Assembly: GCA_963717505.1 (NCBI GenBank)
Contig: OY970342.1
Location: 4,064,001 to 4,128,000 of the forward strand
Origin: Candidatus Eiseniibacteriota bacterium
GTDB taxonomy: Bacteria; Eisenbacteria; RBG-16-71-46
DNA: 64,000 nucleotides
Direction: 5' to 3'
Notes under the pieces: generated by a model
What the model was told of the DNA's origin: nothing
The model's database searches: none
The model's input: only the letters and a program-made list of their open reading frames with translations
Part shown: one piece after another, positions 50,432 to 59,104 of the stretch
How positions within the stretch are numbered: the first letter of the stretch is position 1
Layout: every line of letters begins with the position of its first letter
Program-made: the position numbers and the translations under genes

Positions 50432-51106
50432 TCAGAAGCAGTAGGCGGCCGCGCTCGAGGTGGAACCGCCGGCGATCGATACGCTGAGCAGACGGGAAAG
50501 GTCGACTGGACTCAGCGTCTGGTTGCAGTCGAAGTCCGACCGGCCGACGTAGGTTCCGGTGAAGAAGTCCATGAGCCAAACCGAAACATCGACGGGATTG
50601 ACGCCGCCCACGCCGTTTTGGTCGAACGCGCCGACGTTGAGCGTGCCGACCAGGACACCGTCGGCATAAACCCGCGCACAGCGGAAGCCTGCGCCGGGCA
50701 CGCCGCCGGTCAGGTTGCGTGCGCCACCGACAATGCGGAACGTCGCAATCCCGGTCGCGTCGGTGATCGCGCTCACCGCGCCGACGGATCCGCCGCAGTT
50801 TGCAGTCACGCCCGAGAACGGCTGCTGAGCCGCAATGCGCAGGTCCGGGCACGCCGCGAAGTCGATCAGGACGATCGAATTCGCAATTGGGTTCTGAGCC
50901 AGGTCACGAACCACGATCGAGAATTCAGAAACCGCGTCGGCTTCCCCACCCGTGGCGCCGACCAGGTTGACCTGACAAGGCATGCTCACGCAGTCCGGGC
51001 CGCAGGGCAGGTCGGCCAGGCCCATTGCCGGAATCGCAAGAGCCGCGGCAGTCACCAGAGAGGCCAGCACGAACGAAACCGCGGCCGGCCGGCGGATCCA
51101 GGTCAT
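50432..51106 (-). CDS. Secreted Ig-like + dockerin-like Cys-rich protein, paralog 1
   Basis: Signal peptide, same motifs, ends YCF; GGGAGGG RBS. Confidence 0.8.
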   Translation of the reverse strand: MTWIRRPAAVSFVLASLVTAAALAIPAMGLADLPCGPDCVSMPCQVNLVGATGGEADAVSEFSIVVRDLAQNPIANSIVLIDFAACPDLRIAAQQPFSGVTANCGGSVGAVSAITDATGIATFRIVGGARNLTGGVPGAGFRCARVYADGVLVGTLNVGAFDQNGVGGVNPVDVSVWLMDFFTGTYVGRSDFDCNQTLSPVDLSRLLSVSIAGGSTSSAAAYCF

Positions 51107-51146
51107 AGGGCCCTCCCGGCTGAAAGTGGAGTTCGGGGAGGACTCA

Positions 51147-51175
51147 ACGCTAGACCCAGGGCGGGGTCGGGTCAA
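51147..51175 (-). promoter_or_regulatory. Sigma70 promoter of paralog 1
   Basis: TTGACC-N17-TAGCGT; the -35 box overlaps the upstream GNAT stop codon. Confidence 0.7.
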
Positions 51176-51675
51176 CGACTATTGCGCCCGCTCGCCGACG
51201 CGATCCGCTCGAGTGCGGCGCGATCCAAACTGAAGGTCGACCAATCGTGCCCTGCCTTCGTGGCGCCATGGCGCTGGTAGAAGTCGATCGCGAGCTGGTT
51301 CCAGTCGAGCACGTCCCAGTCCATGCGGGTGCAACCCCGTTCGTGCGCCACTCGCGCCACGGCATCGAACAAGGCACGCCCCGCACCGGTTCCGCGCGCG
51401 GCGTCGGCGACGTACAGATCCTCGAGCCACAGGATGGGCGCTCCCCGAAACGAAGAATAGCGTCCATAGAAGAGCGCGTAGCCCACCAGGCCGGTCGAGG
51501 TCTCGGCGACCTGGCCTTCGAGCAGCGGCCATTGACCGCCGAACAGCTGCGCGCGCAGGCGGTCCTCGGTGGTGACGAAGATCGATTCCAGTCGCTCGTA
51601 GACGGCCAGCTCTCGTGCGAGCCGCCAGACCGCCGGCACGTCGTCCGGGTGCGCCGGCCGAACCACCACGCTCAT
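51172..51675 (-). CDS. GNAT N-acetyltransferase (spermidine/diamine acetyltransferase-like)
   Basis: [14 protein letters not shown]...RGTGAG, WDVLDWN..AIDFY. Confidence 0.92.
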   Translation of the reverse strand: MSVVVRPAHPDDVPAVWRLARELAVYERLESIFVTTEDRLRAQLFGGQWPLLEGQVAETSTGLVGYALFYGRYSSFRGAPILWLEDLYVADAARGTGAGRALFDAVARVAHERGCTRMDWDVLDWNQLAIDFYQRHGATKAGHDWSTFSLDRAALERIASASGRNSR

Positions 51676-52094
51676 TCGCCGATCACCTTGACCAGCACGC
51701 GCTTCTTGCGCCGCCCATCGAATTCTCCGTAGAAGATCTGCTCCCACGGGCCGAAGTCGAGCTTGCCCGCCGTGATCGCGACCACCACCTCGCGGCCCAT
51801 GATCTGGCGCTTCAGGTGCGCGTCGGCGTTGTCCTCGCCGGTGTCGTTGTGCCGGTACTGGTCGATCGGGTTCGTGCGGCGCCAGCTTCTCGAGCCACTT
51901 CGTCGTAGTCGTGATGCAAGCCCGCTCTCGTTGTCGTTGATGAACACGCTGGCGGTGATGTGCATGGCGTTGACCAACGCGAGCCCTTCGCGGACTCCGC
52001 TCTCACGCACGATGCGTTCGACTTCCGGCGTCAGGTTCACGAAGCCGCGCCGCCCCGGCACGCTCATCGTGAGGTACTCGGTTCGTGACTTCAC
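51672..52094 (-). CDS. yjbQ: YjbQ/UPF0047 family protein (with three local +1 insertions)
   Basis: [35 protein letters not shown]. Confidence 0.9.
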   Translation of the reverse strand: MKSRTEYLTMSVPGRRGFVNLTPEVERIVRESGVREGLALVNAMHITASVFINDNESGLASRLRRSGSRSWRRTNPIDQYRHNDTGEDNADAHLKRQIMGREVVVAITAGKLDFGPWEQIFYGEFDGRRKKRVLVKVIGE

Positions 52095-52588
52095 CGCGCC
52101 GTGTCGGTCGCGCAGGCGACGCGACGGTAGGCGAACGTCACCGTCCGCGGCTGCCCCTTGCTCATGCCCTCGATGCTGGCGATCAGCGAGTCCGGACCCG
52201 CGCGCCGGTAGCGAACGCGCTGGGGGAAATCATGCTCGAGATTCTCGAACACCAGCTCTTGCCCATGCGGCGGCGCGTCGCGGAACTCGGCTGAGGGTTG
52301 GCCCGACGGCGAGGCGGCGTAGACCAAAGTGTCGCCGTCTTCGTAGATGCGCACGAACTCGTATTCGACCAGGGTGTCACCGCGCGTGGTCCGGCCAAGT
52401 CCCATGAGCGTGCCGCCGCGCGGCGCGGTCCAGAACTCTTCGACGCGAGTCGTCCTCCCCTGCCGCTCCCAGCAACCCGAGAGCCAAGTCAGGGACGCGG
52501 AAGGCCCGGCTCGAGGCTCGGAAGCTGCGAAACCGGAAGCAACGACACCAAGAACCAGAACGACCAGGGTGACTCGGGAGGTATTCAT
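52091..52588 (-). CDS. Secreted DUF6265-like protein
   Basis: [36 protein letters not shown]. Confidence 0.8.
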   Translation of the reverse strand: MNTSRVTLVVLVLGVVASGFAASEPRAGPSASLTWLSGCWERQGRTTRVEEFWTAPRGGTLMGLGRTTRGDTLVEYEFVRIYEDGDTLVYAASPSGQPSAEFRDAPPHGQELVFENLEHDFPQRVRYRRAGPDSLIASIEGMSKGQPRTVTFAYRRVACATDTAR

Positions 52589-52644
52589 GGCGGCGATCGT
52601 ACCGCAGGCAACCGCGCTACGGCCAGACGTGGCATACTCCCGCC

Positions 52645-54021
52645 ATGAAGCTCGCGCTCATCAATGTCTTCGCGATGTTCGTGGCTCATTCGGCCGGGGC
52701 CGCCGACCACGCCGTGATGGCACCGGCAGTCGATCGGATTGCGAAACACTATCTGTCCACGACTCCGCTGGTCGGTTTTGGAGTCACCGTGGTTCGTAAC
52801 GGCGTCGTGATTCACGACGCGGGCTACGGAAAGGCGCGGCTATCGCCGCAGACTCCGGCGGATGCGAGCACCCGCTTCGATTACTTCTCGGTCGGCAAGC
52901 ACGTCACCGTGGCCCTCGTCTTGCGACTCGCGGAGCGCGGCCTGGTCGATCTCGACTCGTTGGCCGGCAAGTACCTTCCCGGCCTCGACTCGATCTACGC
53001 AACCCGCCCGCTCCGGCAGTTGTTGAGCCATACCAGTGGGACGACCGCGACCGAGATCGACGAAAGCAAGCCCGAACCCGAGTATCTGAAGGCGCCGACG
53101 CGCGCGAACTTGCTGGCGTTGCTCGCCAAGGGGAAGCGCGTCGCCCCGCCGGGCGCTACCTGGACCTATAATAGCGACGGCTTCGTGGTCGCAGCCGTCG
53201 TCGCCGAGCAGGTCACCGGGCTGACCTATTCCGAGCTGATCCGGCGCGAGCTCGCCACTCCGCTCGACCTCCACGACTTTGGTTTCCAACTCGAGCCCAG
53301 TGCGCAGGGATACTTCATCGAAGCGGAGACACCCGCACCCATTCAGGCGGTGCCTTACGAATGGTTCAGCGGCGCGGGATCGATCCGAGGGACCACGCGT
53401 GATTTGGCACGCTGGTGGATGGCGCTGCGCTCAGGCCGCGTGGTGAGCGAGAAGTCGCTCCAGCAGATGTGGACGCCCGTCCGGCTCAACGCGGGTAGCC
53501 AATCGGCCGAGTTCGGCTACGGCCTGGGGATCCGACTCGGTCGCTACCGTGGGCATCGCATGGTCGGACACACGGGCGACGCCGCAGGCGGCTCGGCAGT
53601 GCTGGCCGAGTATCCGGAGGACAGTCTGCTGATCGTGGTCGCGACCAACACCATCGGCAGAAACGTGCCTTATGCGATTGCGATCCAGGCCGCAGTTGCG
53701 CGCGAGCTACTTGGCATCGAGGACACGAAGCCTTTCGATCGAGCGACTCCGCCGGAGCTGCTCCAGGGTGCGCCCGGCCTCTACGCCAATCCTGAAGGCT
53801 CCTTCTGCGTCAGTGCACGCGGCGAATCGCTGTTCGTGTCGTCCGACGGCGAGAAGCCGTCCAGGCTCATGCATCAAGGGAACGGACTGTTTCGGCGCGC
53901 CGAAAGCATCGGGGCCGAGGACTATTTCCTGGGTGGCCCCGGACGCACATGGTGGTACGCCTACCAGTGGTACGGCTACCCGATGGACCTTGCGATGCGC
54001 ACCACGGATGCATGTCCCTGA
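52645..54021 (+). CDS. Serine hydrolase, beta-lactamase/peptidase S12 family
   Basis: Signal peptide, SVGK (SxxK), LLSHTSG, YNS, HTG. Confidence 0.9.
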   Translation: MKLALINVFAMFVAHSAGAADHAVMAPAVDRIAKHYLSTTPLVGFGVTVVRNGVVIHDAGYGKARLSPQTPADASTRFDYFSVGKHVTVALVLRLAERGLVDLDSLAGKYLPGLDSIYATRPLRQLLSHTSGTTATEIDESKPEPEYLKAPTRANLLALLAKGKRVAPPGATWTYNSDGFVVAAVVAEQVTGLTYSELIRRELATPLDLHDFGFQLEPSAQGYFIEAETPAPIQAVPYEWFSGAGSIRGTTRDLARWWMALRSGRVVSEKSLQQMWTPVRLNAGSQSAEFGYGLGIRLGRYRGHRMVGHTGDAAGGSAVLAEYPEDSLLIVVATNTIGRNVPYAIAIQAAVARELLGIEDTKPFDRATPPELLQGAPGLYANPEGSFCVSARGESLFVSSDGEKPSRLMHQGNGLFRRAESIGAEDYFLGGPGRTWWYAYQWYGYPMDLAMRTTDACP

Positions 54022-54115
54022 GCTCTGGCCGTCCTGTTGAGGGTCGCTTGCGGGCTCTGTTACCGTGTCCGGCCCATTTCCGCTGAGCCCCCTCTCGAAC
54101 ACAAGGAGCGACACT

Positions 54116-55339
54116 GTGTCCAGCAAAGGTTCCGCCGACGTCGTCATCGTTTCCGGCGCCCGCACGCCCATGGCCGAGTGGATCGGCGGCAAGCGCGGGG
54201 ACGGACTGCCCGGGGGTGCTCTGGCGTCGATGTCGGCGATCGACCTGGGCGCGGTCGCGGCCAAGGCCGCGATCGAACGCTCCGGCATTCCGGCCGACGC
54301 GTTCGACCACGTGATCATGGGCAACGCGCTCCAGACCTCGGGCGATGCCATCTATGGCGCACGCCACGTCGGCTTGAAGGCCGGCATCCCTCGCACCACG
54401 CCTGCGCTGACCGTGAACCGCCTGTGCGGCTCAGGAATCCAGAGCATCATCAATGCCGCGCAGCAGATCGTCACTGGCGAATCGACCTGCGTTCTCGCCG
54501 GCGGCATGGAGAACATGAGCCAGGCGCCGCACGTGATCCGCGGCGCGCGCAGTGGCTTCAAGCTCGGCCAGGGCGTGCTCGAGGACTCACTGATGGTGGC
54601 ACTCAAGGACAGCTACTGCGGCCTGTTCATGGCCCAGACCTCCGACAATCTCGCGCGCAAATACGGCATCACCCGTCAGGCGCAGGACGAATACGCGCTG
54701 CGCTCGCATTCGCTCGGCAACCGGGCGACGCAAAACGGCCGCTTCGCCGAAGAGATCATTCCGGTCGAGATCAAGGGCCGCGGCAAGTCGGTGATGGTCG
54801 ACAAGGACGATCACCTGTTCCCGAGCACGACCCTCGAAGGTCTCAGCAAGCTGCCGCCCGCGTTCGGACCCGAATCGTTCGTCACCGCCGGCAACGCCAG
54901 CGGCATCGTCGATGGCGCCGCCGCGGTGGTGGTGACCACCGCCGAGCGCGCGAAGGCCGCCGGGGCCAAATCGCTCGGCGTGATTCGCGGCTACGCCAGC
55001 GTCGGCGTCGATCCCGACATCATGGGCTTCGGCCCAGCGCCCGCGATCCGCAAGGCGTGCGAGCGCGCCGGCATCTCGATCGACAAGCTCGACCTGATCG
55101 AGATCAACGAGGCATTCTCCGGCCAGTACCTGGCGGTCGAAAAGGACCTGGGGCTCGATCGCGACAAGGTCAACGTCAACGGCGGCGCGATCGCGCTCGG
55201 CCACCCGCTGGGTGCGACCGGCACGCGCCTGGTCTACACGTTGCTGGTCGAGCTGTCGAAACGCGGCAAGCGCTGGGGTGTGGCGTCGGCCTGCATCGGC
55301 GGCGGCCAGGGGATCGCGATCATCCTCGAGAGGGTGTGA
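54116..55339 (+). CDS. Thiolase (acetyl-CoA C-acyltransferase)
   Basis: NRLCGSG, NEAF, GHPLGATG, CIGGGQG; GTG start after AAGGAG. Confidence 0.95.
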   Translation: MSSKGSADVVIVSGARTPMAEWIGGKRGDGLPGGALASMSAIDLGAVAAKAAIERSGIPADAFDHVIMGNALQTSGDAIYGARHVGLKAGIPRTTPALTVNRLCGSGIQSIINAAQQIVTGESTCVLAGGMENMSQAPHVIRGARSGFKLGQGVLEDSLMVALKDSYCGLFMAQTSDNLARKYGITRQAQDEYALRSHSLGNRATQNGRFAEEIIPVEIKGRGKSVMVDKDDHLFPSTTLEGLSKLPPAFGPESFVTAGNASGIVDGAAAVVVTTAERAKAAGAKSLGVIRGYASVGVDPDIMGFGPAPAIRKACERAGISIDKLDLIEINEAFSGQYLAVEKDLGLDRDKVNVNGGAIALGHPLGATGTRLVYTLLVELSKRGKRWGVASACIGGGQGIAIILERV

Positions 55340-55423
55340 GTCGGGGCGAACTGGGCGCTCCCGTAGTGGTCCGCGGGCTCGCCAACGTGTAGTCTCATTG
55401 GCCCCACAACCCGGACGCACCTC

Positions 55424-56668
55424 ATGAACGAACGCGACCTGATCCACGACTGGAACGAGGCTGGCGAACGCTGGCAACCGCCGACGTTCCGGGTCCAGTT
55501 CGACGACGAGACCCTGCGCGACGGGCTCCAGTCGCCCTCGGTCCGCACGCCGTCGCTCGACGACAAGGTCCGGATCCTCCACCTGATGGAGCGGCTCGGG
55601 ATCGACACCGCCGACATCGGCCTGCCCGGCGCCGGGCCGCACGTGGTCCACGATGTCACCCGGCTCGCGCAGGAGATTCGCGAAGCCCGGCTGAAGATCC
55701 AGGCCAACTGCGCCGCCCGCACCTTGCGCCAGGATATCGAGCCGGTGATTACCGTCTCGCAGAAGGTCGGGATCCCGATCGAGGTATGCACGTTCATTGG
55801 CTCCTCCCCGATCCGACAGTACGCCGAGAACTGGACGCTCGACATCATGCTGCGTCACACCGAGGACGCGGTGAGCTACGCGGTGTCCGCCGGACTGCCG
55901 GTGATGTATGTCACCGAGGACACGGTGCGCGCGCGCCCCGAGCAGCTTCGCCAGCTGTTCCTGACCGCGATTCGCTGCGGGGCCAAGCGACTGTGTCTCT
56001 GCGACACCGTCGGGCACGCGACGCCCACCGGAGCCGCCAACCTGGTGCGCTTCGCGAAGCAGATCGTGCTCGAGAGCGGCGCCACCGACGTCGAGTTGGA
56101 CTGGCACGGCCATTCCGATCGCGGGCTGGCGGTGATCAACACCATCGCCGCGATCCAGGCGGGAGCGAGTCGCGTCCATGGTTGCGCGATCGGGATCGGC
56201 GAGCGGGTCGGCAACACCCCGATGGACCAGCTCCTGGTCAATCTTCGTTTGCTCGGCTGGATCGAGAACGACCTCACGGCACTTCCCGAGTACTGCGAAA
56301 CCGTGAGCCGCGGCACCGGCGTGCCGATCCCGCCGAACTACCCGGTGGTCGGCCGCGACGCGTTCCGCACGGGCACCGGTGTTCACGCCGCCGCCGTGAT
56401 CAAGGCCTTCAAGAAGGGGCAGGACTGGCTGGCCGACCGTGTCTACTCCGGCGTTCCCGCCAGCATGGTTGGCCGGCGCCAGGAGATCGAAGTCGGCCCG
56501 ATGAGCGGCGAGAGCAACGTCGTCCACTGGCTCGAACACCACGGCATCGAGCCGACGACCGAACGTGTGAACGCCGTGTTCCAGCGCGCCAAGAGCGTCG
56601 ATCGCGTACTCGAAGAGGATGAGATCCGCTCGGTGGTCAGCGCGCTCGACGAGACTCGGGTTTCGTGA
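55424..56668 (+). CDS. LeuA-like DRE-TIM synthase (isopropylmalate/homocitrate family) lacking the regulatory domain
   Basis: DETLRDGLQ, DTVG, HGHSDRG, GIGERVGN; only 414 aa. Confidence 0.85.
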   Translation: MNERDLIHDWNEAGERWQPPTFRVQFDDETLRDGLQSPSVRTPSLDDKVRILHLMERLGIDTADIGLPGAGPHVVHDVTRLAQEIREARLKIQANCAARTLRQDIEPVITVSQKVGIPIEVCTFIGSSPIRQYAENWTLDIMLRHTEDAVSYAVSAGLPVMYVTEDTVRARPEQLRQLFLTAIRCGAKRLCLCDTVGHATPTGAANLVRFAKQIVLESGATDVELDWHGHSDRGLAVINTIAAIQAGASRVHGCAIGIGERVGNTPMDQLLVNLRLLGWIENDLTALPEYCETVSRGTGVPIPPNYPVVGRDAFRTGTGVHAAAVIKAFKKGQDWLADRVYSGVPASMVGRRQEIEVGPMSGESNVVHWLEHHGIEPTTERVNAVFQRAKSVDRVLEEDEIRSVVSALDETRVS

Positions 56669-57795
56669 CCGGAGGAGTCGCAGTTTCGCCGCGCCGTTCG
56701 CCGCGGCGCCGAGTCGCGTGCGCGGTGGGCCTGTGGGCATTGATTGCCGCGGCGGCCCATGCCCAACCGACGGGCTCGGGGCCCTCGGTCGAAGAGCTGG
56801 CCGCCGAGATTCGCGAGCTCGAGGACCGCGGCGCATACGCCACCGCGGCCCAGAAGCAGACCGAATTGCGGCCGCGCCTCAAGCCCGATGCCGATCTCGA
56901 GCTGGCGCTGGCCCTGAACGACGCGCGCAGCGGCCGGTACCAGGAGGCGTGGCTCCGACTCAACGATTCGTTGCTGACCCAGGCGTTGCTCGACACGATG
57001 CCGCAGTCGCGCTGGCACGAGAACGGCCCGGCGCGGTGGCAGCAATGGCTCGACGGGCGCTTCAACGGTTGGCATTGGTACGTGGCGCGCGCGCGCGCCG
57101 AAGTCGGCCTGGCGCTCGGTCGTTGGCCCGAGGCGCTCGAGGCGGCGCGGATCGCCGTTGGCGCGCGCCCGATCGCGGGCAAGGAGTGGTTGGTGCTCGC
57201 GCTGTGCGCCGCGCGTGCCGGGTCGGTCGACGAAGCGCGGGACGCGGCACGGCAAGCGGTGTTCCTCGATCCGACGCTGCCCGAGGCGTGGCACCTGCAC
57301 GGACTGCTCGAATGGCGCGGGGGCCGGCGCAATGAAGCGCAGGAGTACTTTCGCACCGCGGTTCGCCTGGACTCCACTTACCGCCCTCCGGCCCTGGCTC
57401 TGATGCGTGCCCGACTGCCGTCGTCGCGCCCGGATTCCCTGCCCGGGCAGATCCTCACGGGAATGCGCGAAGCCGCGATCCTCACCGCGCCGGTCCGCCC
57501 CAAGATCGAAGAGCTGCACGAAGTCGACGTGCCCGCCAAGGCAACGCGTCCGATCTATGCCGCGCTGCCGGACTCGCTCACGGGACTCGGCAAGCTCTCC
57601 TTGCCGGTCCTGGTGGACACGCGCGGGATGATCGTGCTCCACGACCTGCCGTGGATCGATCCGACGCGGCTCTCGCTCAGCGCCTTGTCTCAGATCCTGA
57701 ACTCGCTCACGCTGTGGCGCTTCGATCCCGCTCAACGACACGGGGCCCCGGCGTCGACCTGGACCGGAGTCCAGATCGATCTTCCCGGGCAGTAG
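56665..57795 (+). CDS. Exported TPR protein with TonB C-terminal-like domain
   Basis: Signal peptide, TPR helices (AVFLDP..PEAW, AVRLD), C-terminal VLVDTRG...WRFDPA..HG.P. Confidence 0.7.
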   Translation: MTGGVAVSPRRSPRRRVACAVGLWALIAAAAHAQPTGSGPSVEELAAEIRELEDRGAYATAAQKQTELRPRLKPDADLELALALNDARSGRYQEAWLRLNDSLLTQALLDTMPQSRWHENGPARWQQWLDGRFNGWHWYVARARAEVGLALGRWPEALEAARIAVGARPIAGKEWLVLALCAARAGSVDEARDAARQAVFLDPTLPEAWHLHGLLEWRGGRRNEAQEYFRTAVRLDSTYRPPALALMRARLPSSRPDSLPGQILTGMREAAILTAPVRPKIEELHEVDVPAKATRPIYAALPDSLTGLGKLSLPVLVDTRGMIVLHDLPWIDPTRLSLSALSQILNSLTLWRFDPAQRHGAPASTWTGVQIDLPGQ

Positions 57796-57832
57796 CTTTG
57801 CGCCCGGCCCCTCGCACCCGAGGAGGAAAGGC

Positions 57833-58915
57833 ATGAGCCGCGAATACCGGATCGCCGTGATCCCCGGAGATGGCATCGGCCCCGAAGTCGTCCGCGAGGG
57901 CCTGCGCGTGCTCGAGCGTGTAGCCGCGAGCGAGGGCTTCGCGGTGCGCACCACGCCCTACCCGTTTGGCGCGGAGCACTATCTCAAGACCAAGGAGATC
58001 TTCCCCGAGTCGGCGTTCACCGAGGTCAAAGGCCATGACGCCATCCTGCTCGGGGCGATCGGTGACCCCCGCCTCGAAGTCGGGCTCCTCGAGTTCGGCA
58101 TCATCGCCAAGCTCCGCTTCGAGCTGGATCTCTACATCAACCTGCGTCCGGTGCGCCTGTACGCGGAGCACCTGTGCCCGCTCAAGGACACGAAACCCGA
58201 AGACGTCGACTTCATCGTGGTTCGCGAGAACACCGAAGATGCCTACGCCGGCATGCGCGGGTTCTTCCGCAAGGGCACGCCCGACGAAGTCGCGACCCAG
58301 GAGATCATCTTCACCCGGCGCGGGGTCGAGCGGGCGATCCGCTACGCCTTCGAGCTGGCGCGCGCACGCGGACGGCGCAAGAAACTCACCTTGATCGACA
58401 AGGCCAACGCGATCCGGGCCATGGACCTGTGGACCCGCACGTTCGCCGAAGTCGGCGCCGAGTACCCCGACATCGAGCGCGACCACCAATACATCGACGC
58501 GGCGTGCATGTACGTGGTCCGCGACCCGGCGGCTTACGACACGGTGGTCACCAGCAACATGTTCGGCGACATCTTCACCGACCTCTCGGCCATGATTCAG
58601 GGCGGGCTCGGCATCGCCGCCAGCGGCAACCTGCATCCGGGGCGCGTCAGCCTGTTCGAGCCGATCCATGGCTCGGCGCCCAAGTACACCGGACGCAACG
58701 TCGCGAACCCGATCGCGACGGTCATGGCGGTCCAAATGATGCTGGACTACCTGGGCGAGAAGAACGCGGCCGTGCGGATCGAAGACGCGGTGGCGGGGCT
58801 CCTGCGCTCGAAGCGCCTGCCCTCGCTGGGGACCGACTCCGGGCTCTCGACCAACCAGGTCGGGGATCTGGTGCTCGAGGCGCTGGAGCGCGCGGGGTCG
58901 CCGGCCCGCGCCTGA
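57833..58915 (+). CDS. leuB: 3-isopropylmalate dehydrogenase-like beta-decarboxylating dehydrogenase
   Basis: IAVIPGDGIGPEV, NLRP, VRENTE, NMFGDI, FEPIHGSAP. Confidence 0.8.
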   Translation: MSREYRIAVIPGDGIGPEVVREGLRVLERVAASEGFAVRTTPYPFGAEHYLKTKEIFPESAFTEVKGHDAILLGAIGDPRLEVGLLEFGIIAKLRFELDLYINLRPVRLYAEHLCPLKDTKPEDVDFIVVRENTEDAYAGMRGFFRKGTPDEVATQEIIFTRRGVERAIRYAFELARARGRRKKLTLIDKANAIRAMDLWTRTFAEVGAEYPDIERDHQYIDAACMYVVRDPAAYDTVVTSNMFGDIFTDLSAMIQGGLGIAASGNLHPGRVSLFEPIHGSAPKYTGRNVANPIATVMAVQMMLDYLGEKNAAVRIEDAVAGLLRSKRLPSLGTDSGLSTNQVGDLVLEALERAGSPARA

Positions 58916-59104
58916 GCCGCGCTGGGCTGGAACGGCCTCTCGGACGACCGGCGCCGGACCCCACGGGTCGCAAGAGGGCTGTGTTTCCCATGCCCTATGC
59001 GGCCCGGTAGGCAGTATCATTTTCCCCGCCGACTTGTGGGCCGCTCACCGGTAGTTGGGATGAGCTGAGCACCCAAGGCCGCCCCACGTCCACCGGAGGT
59101 CCCC

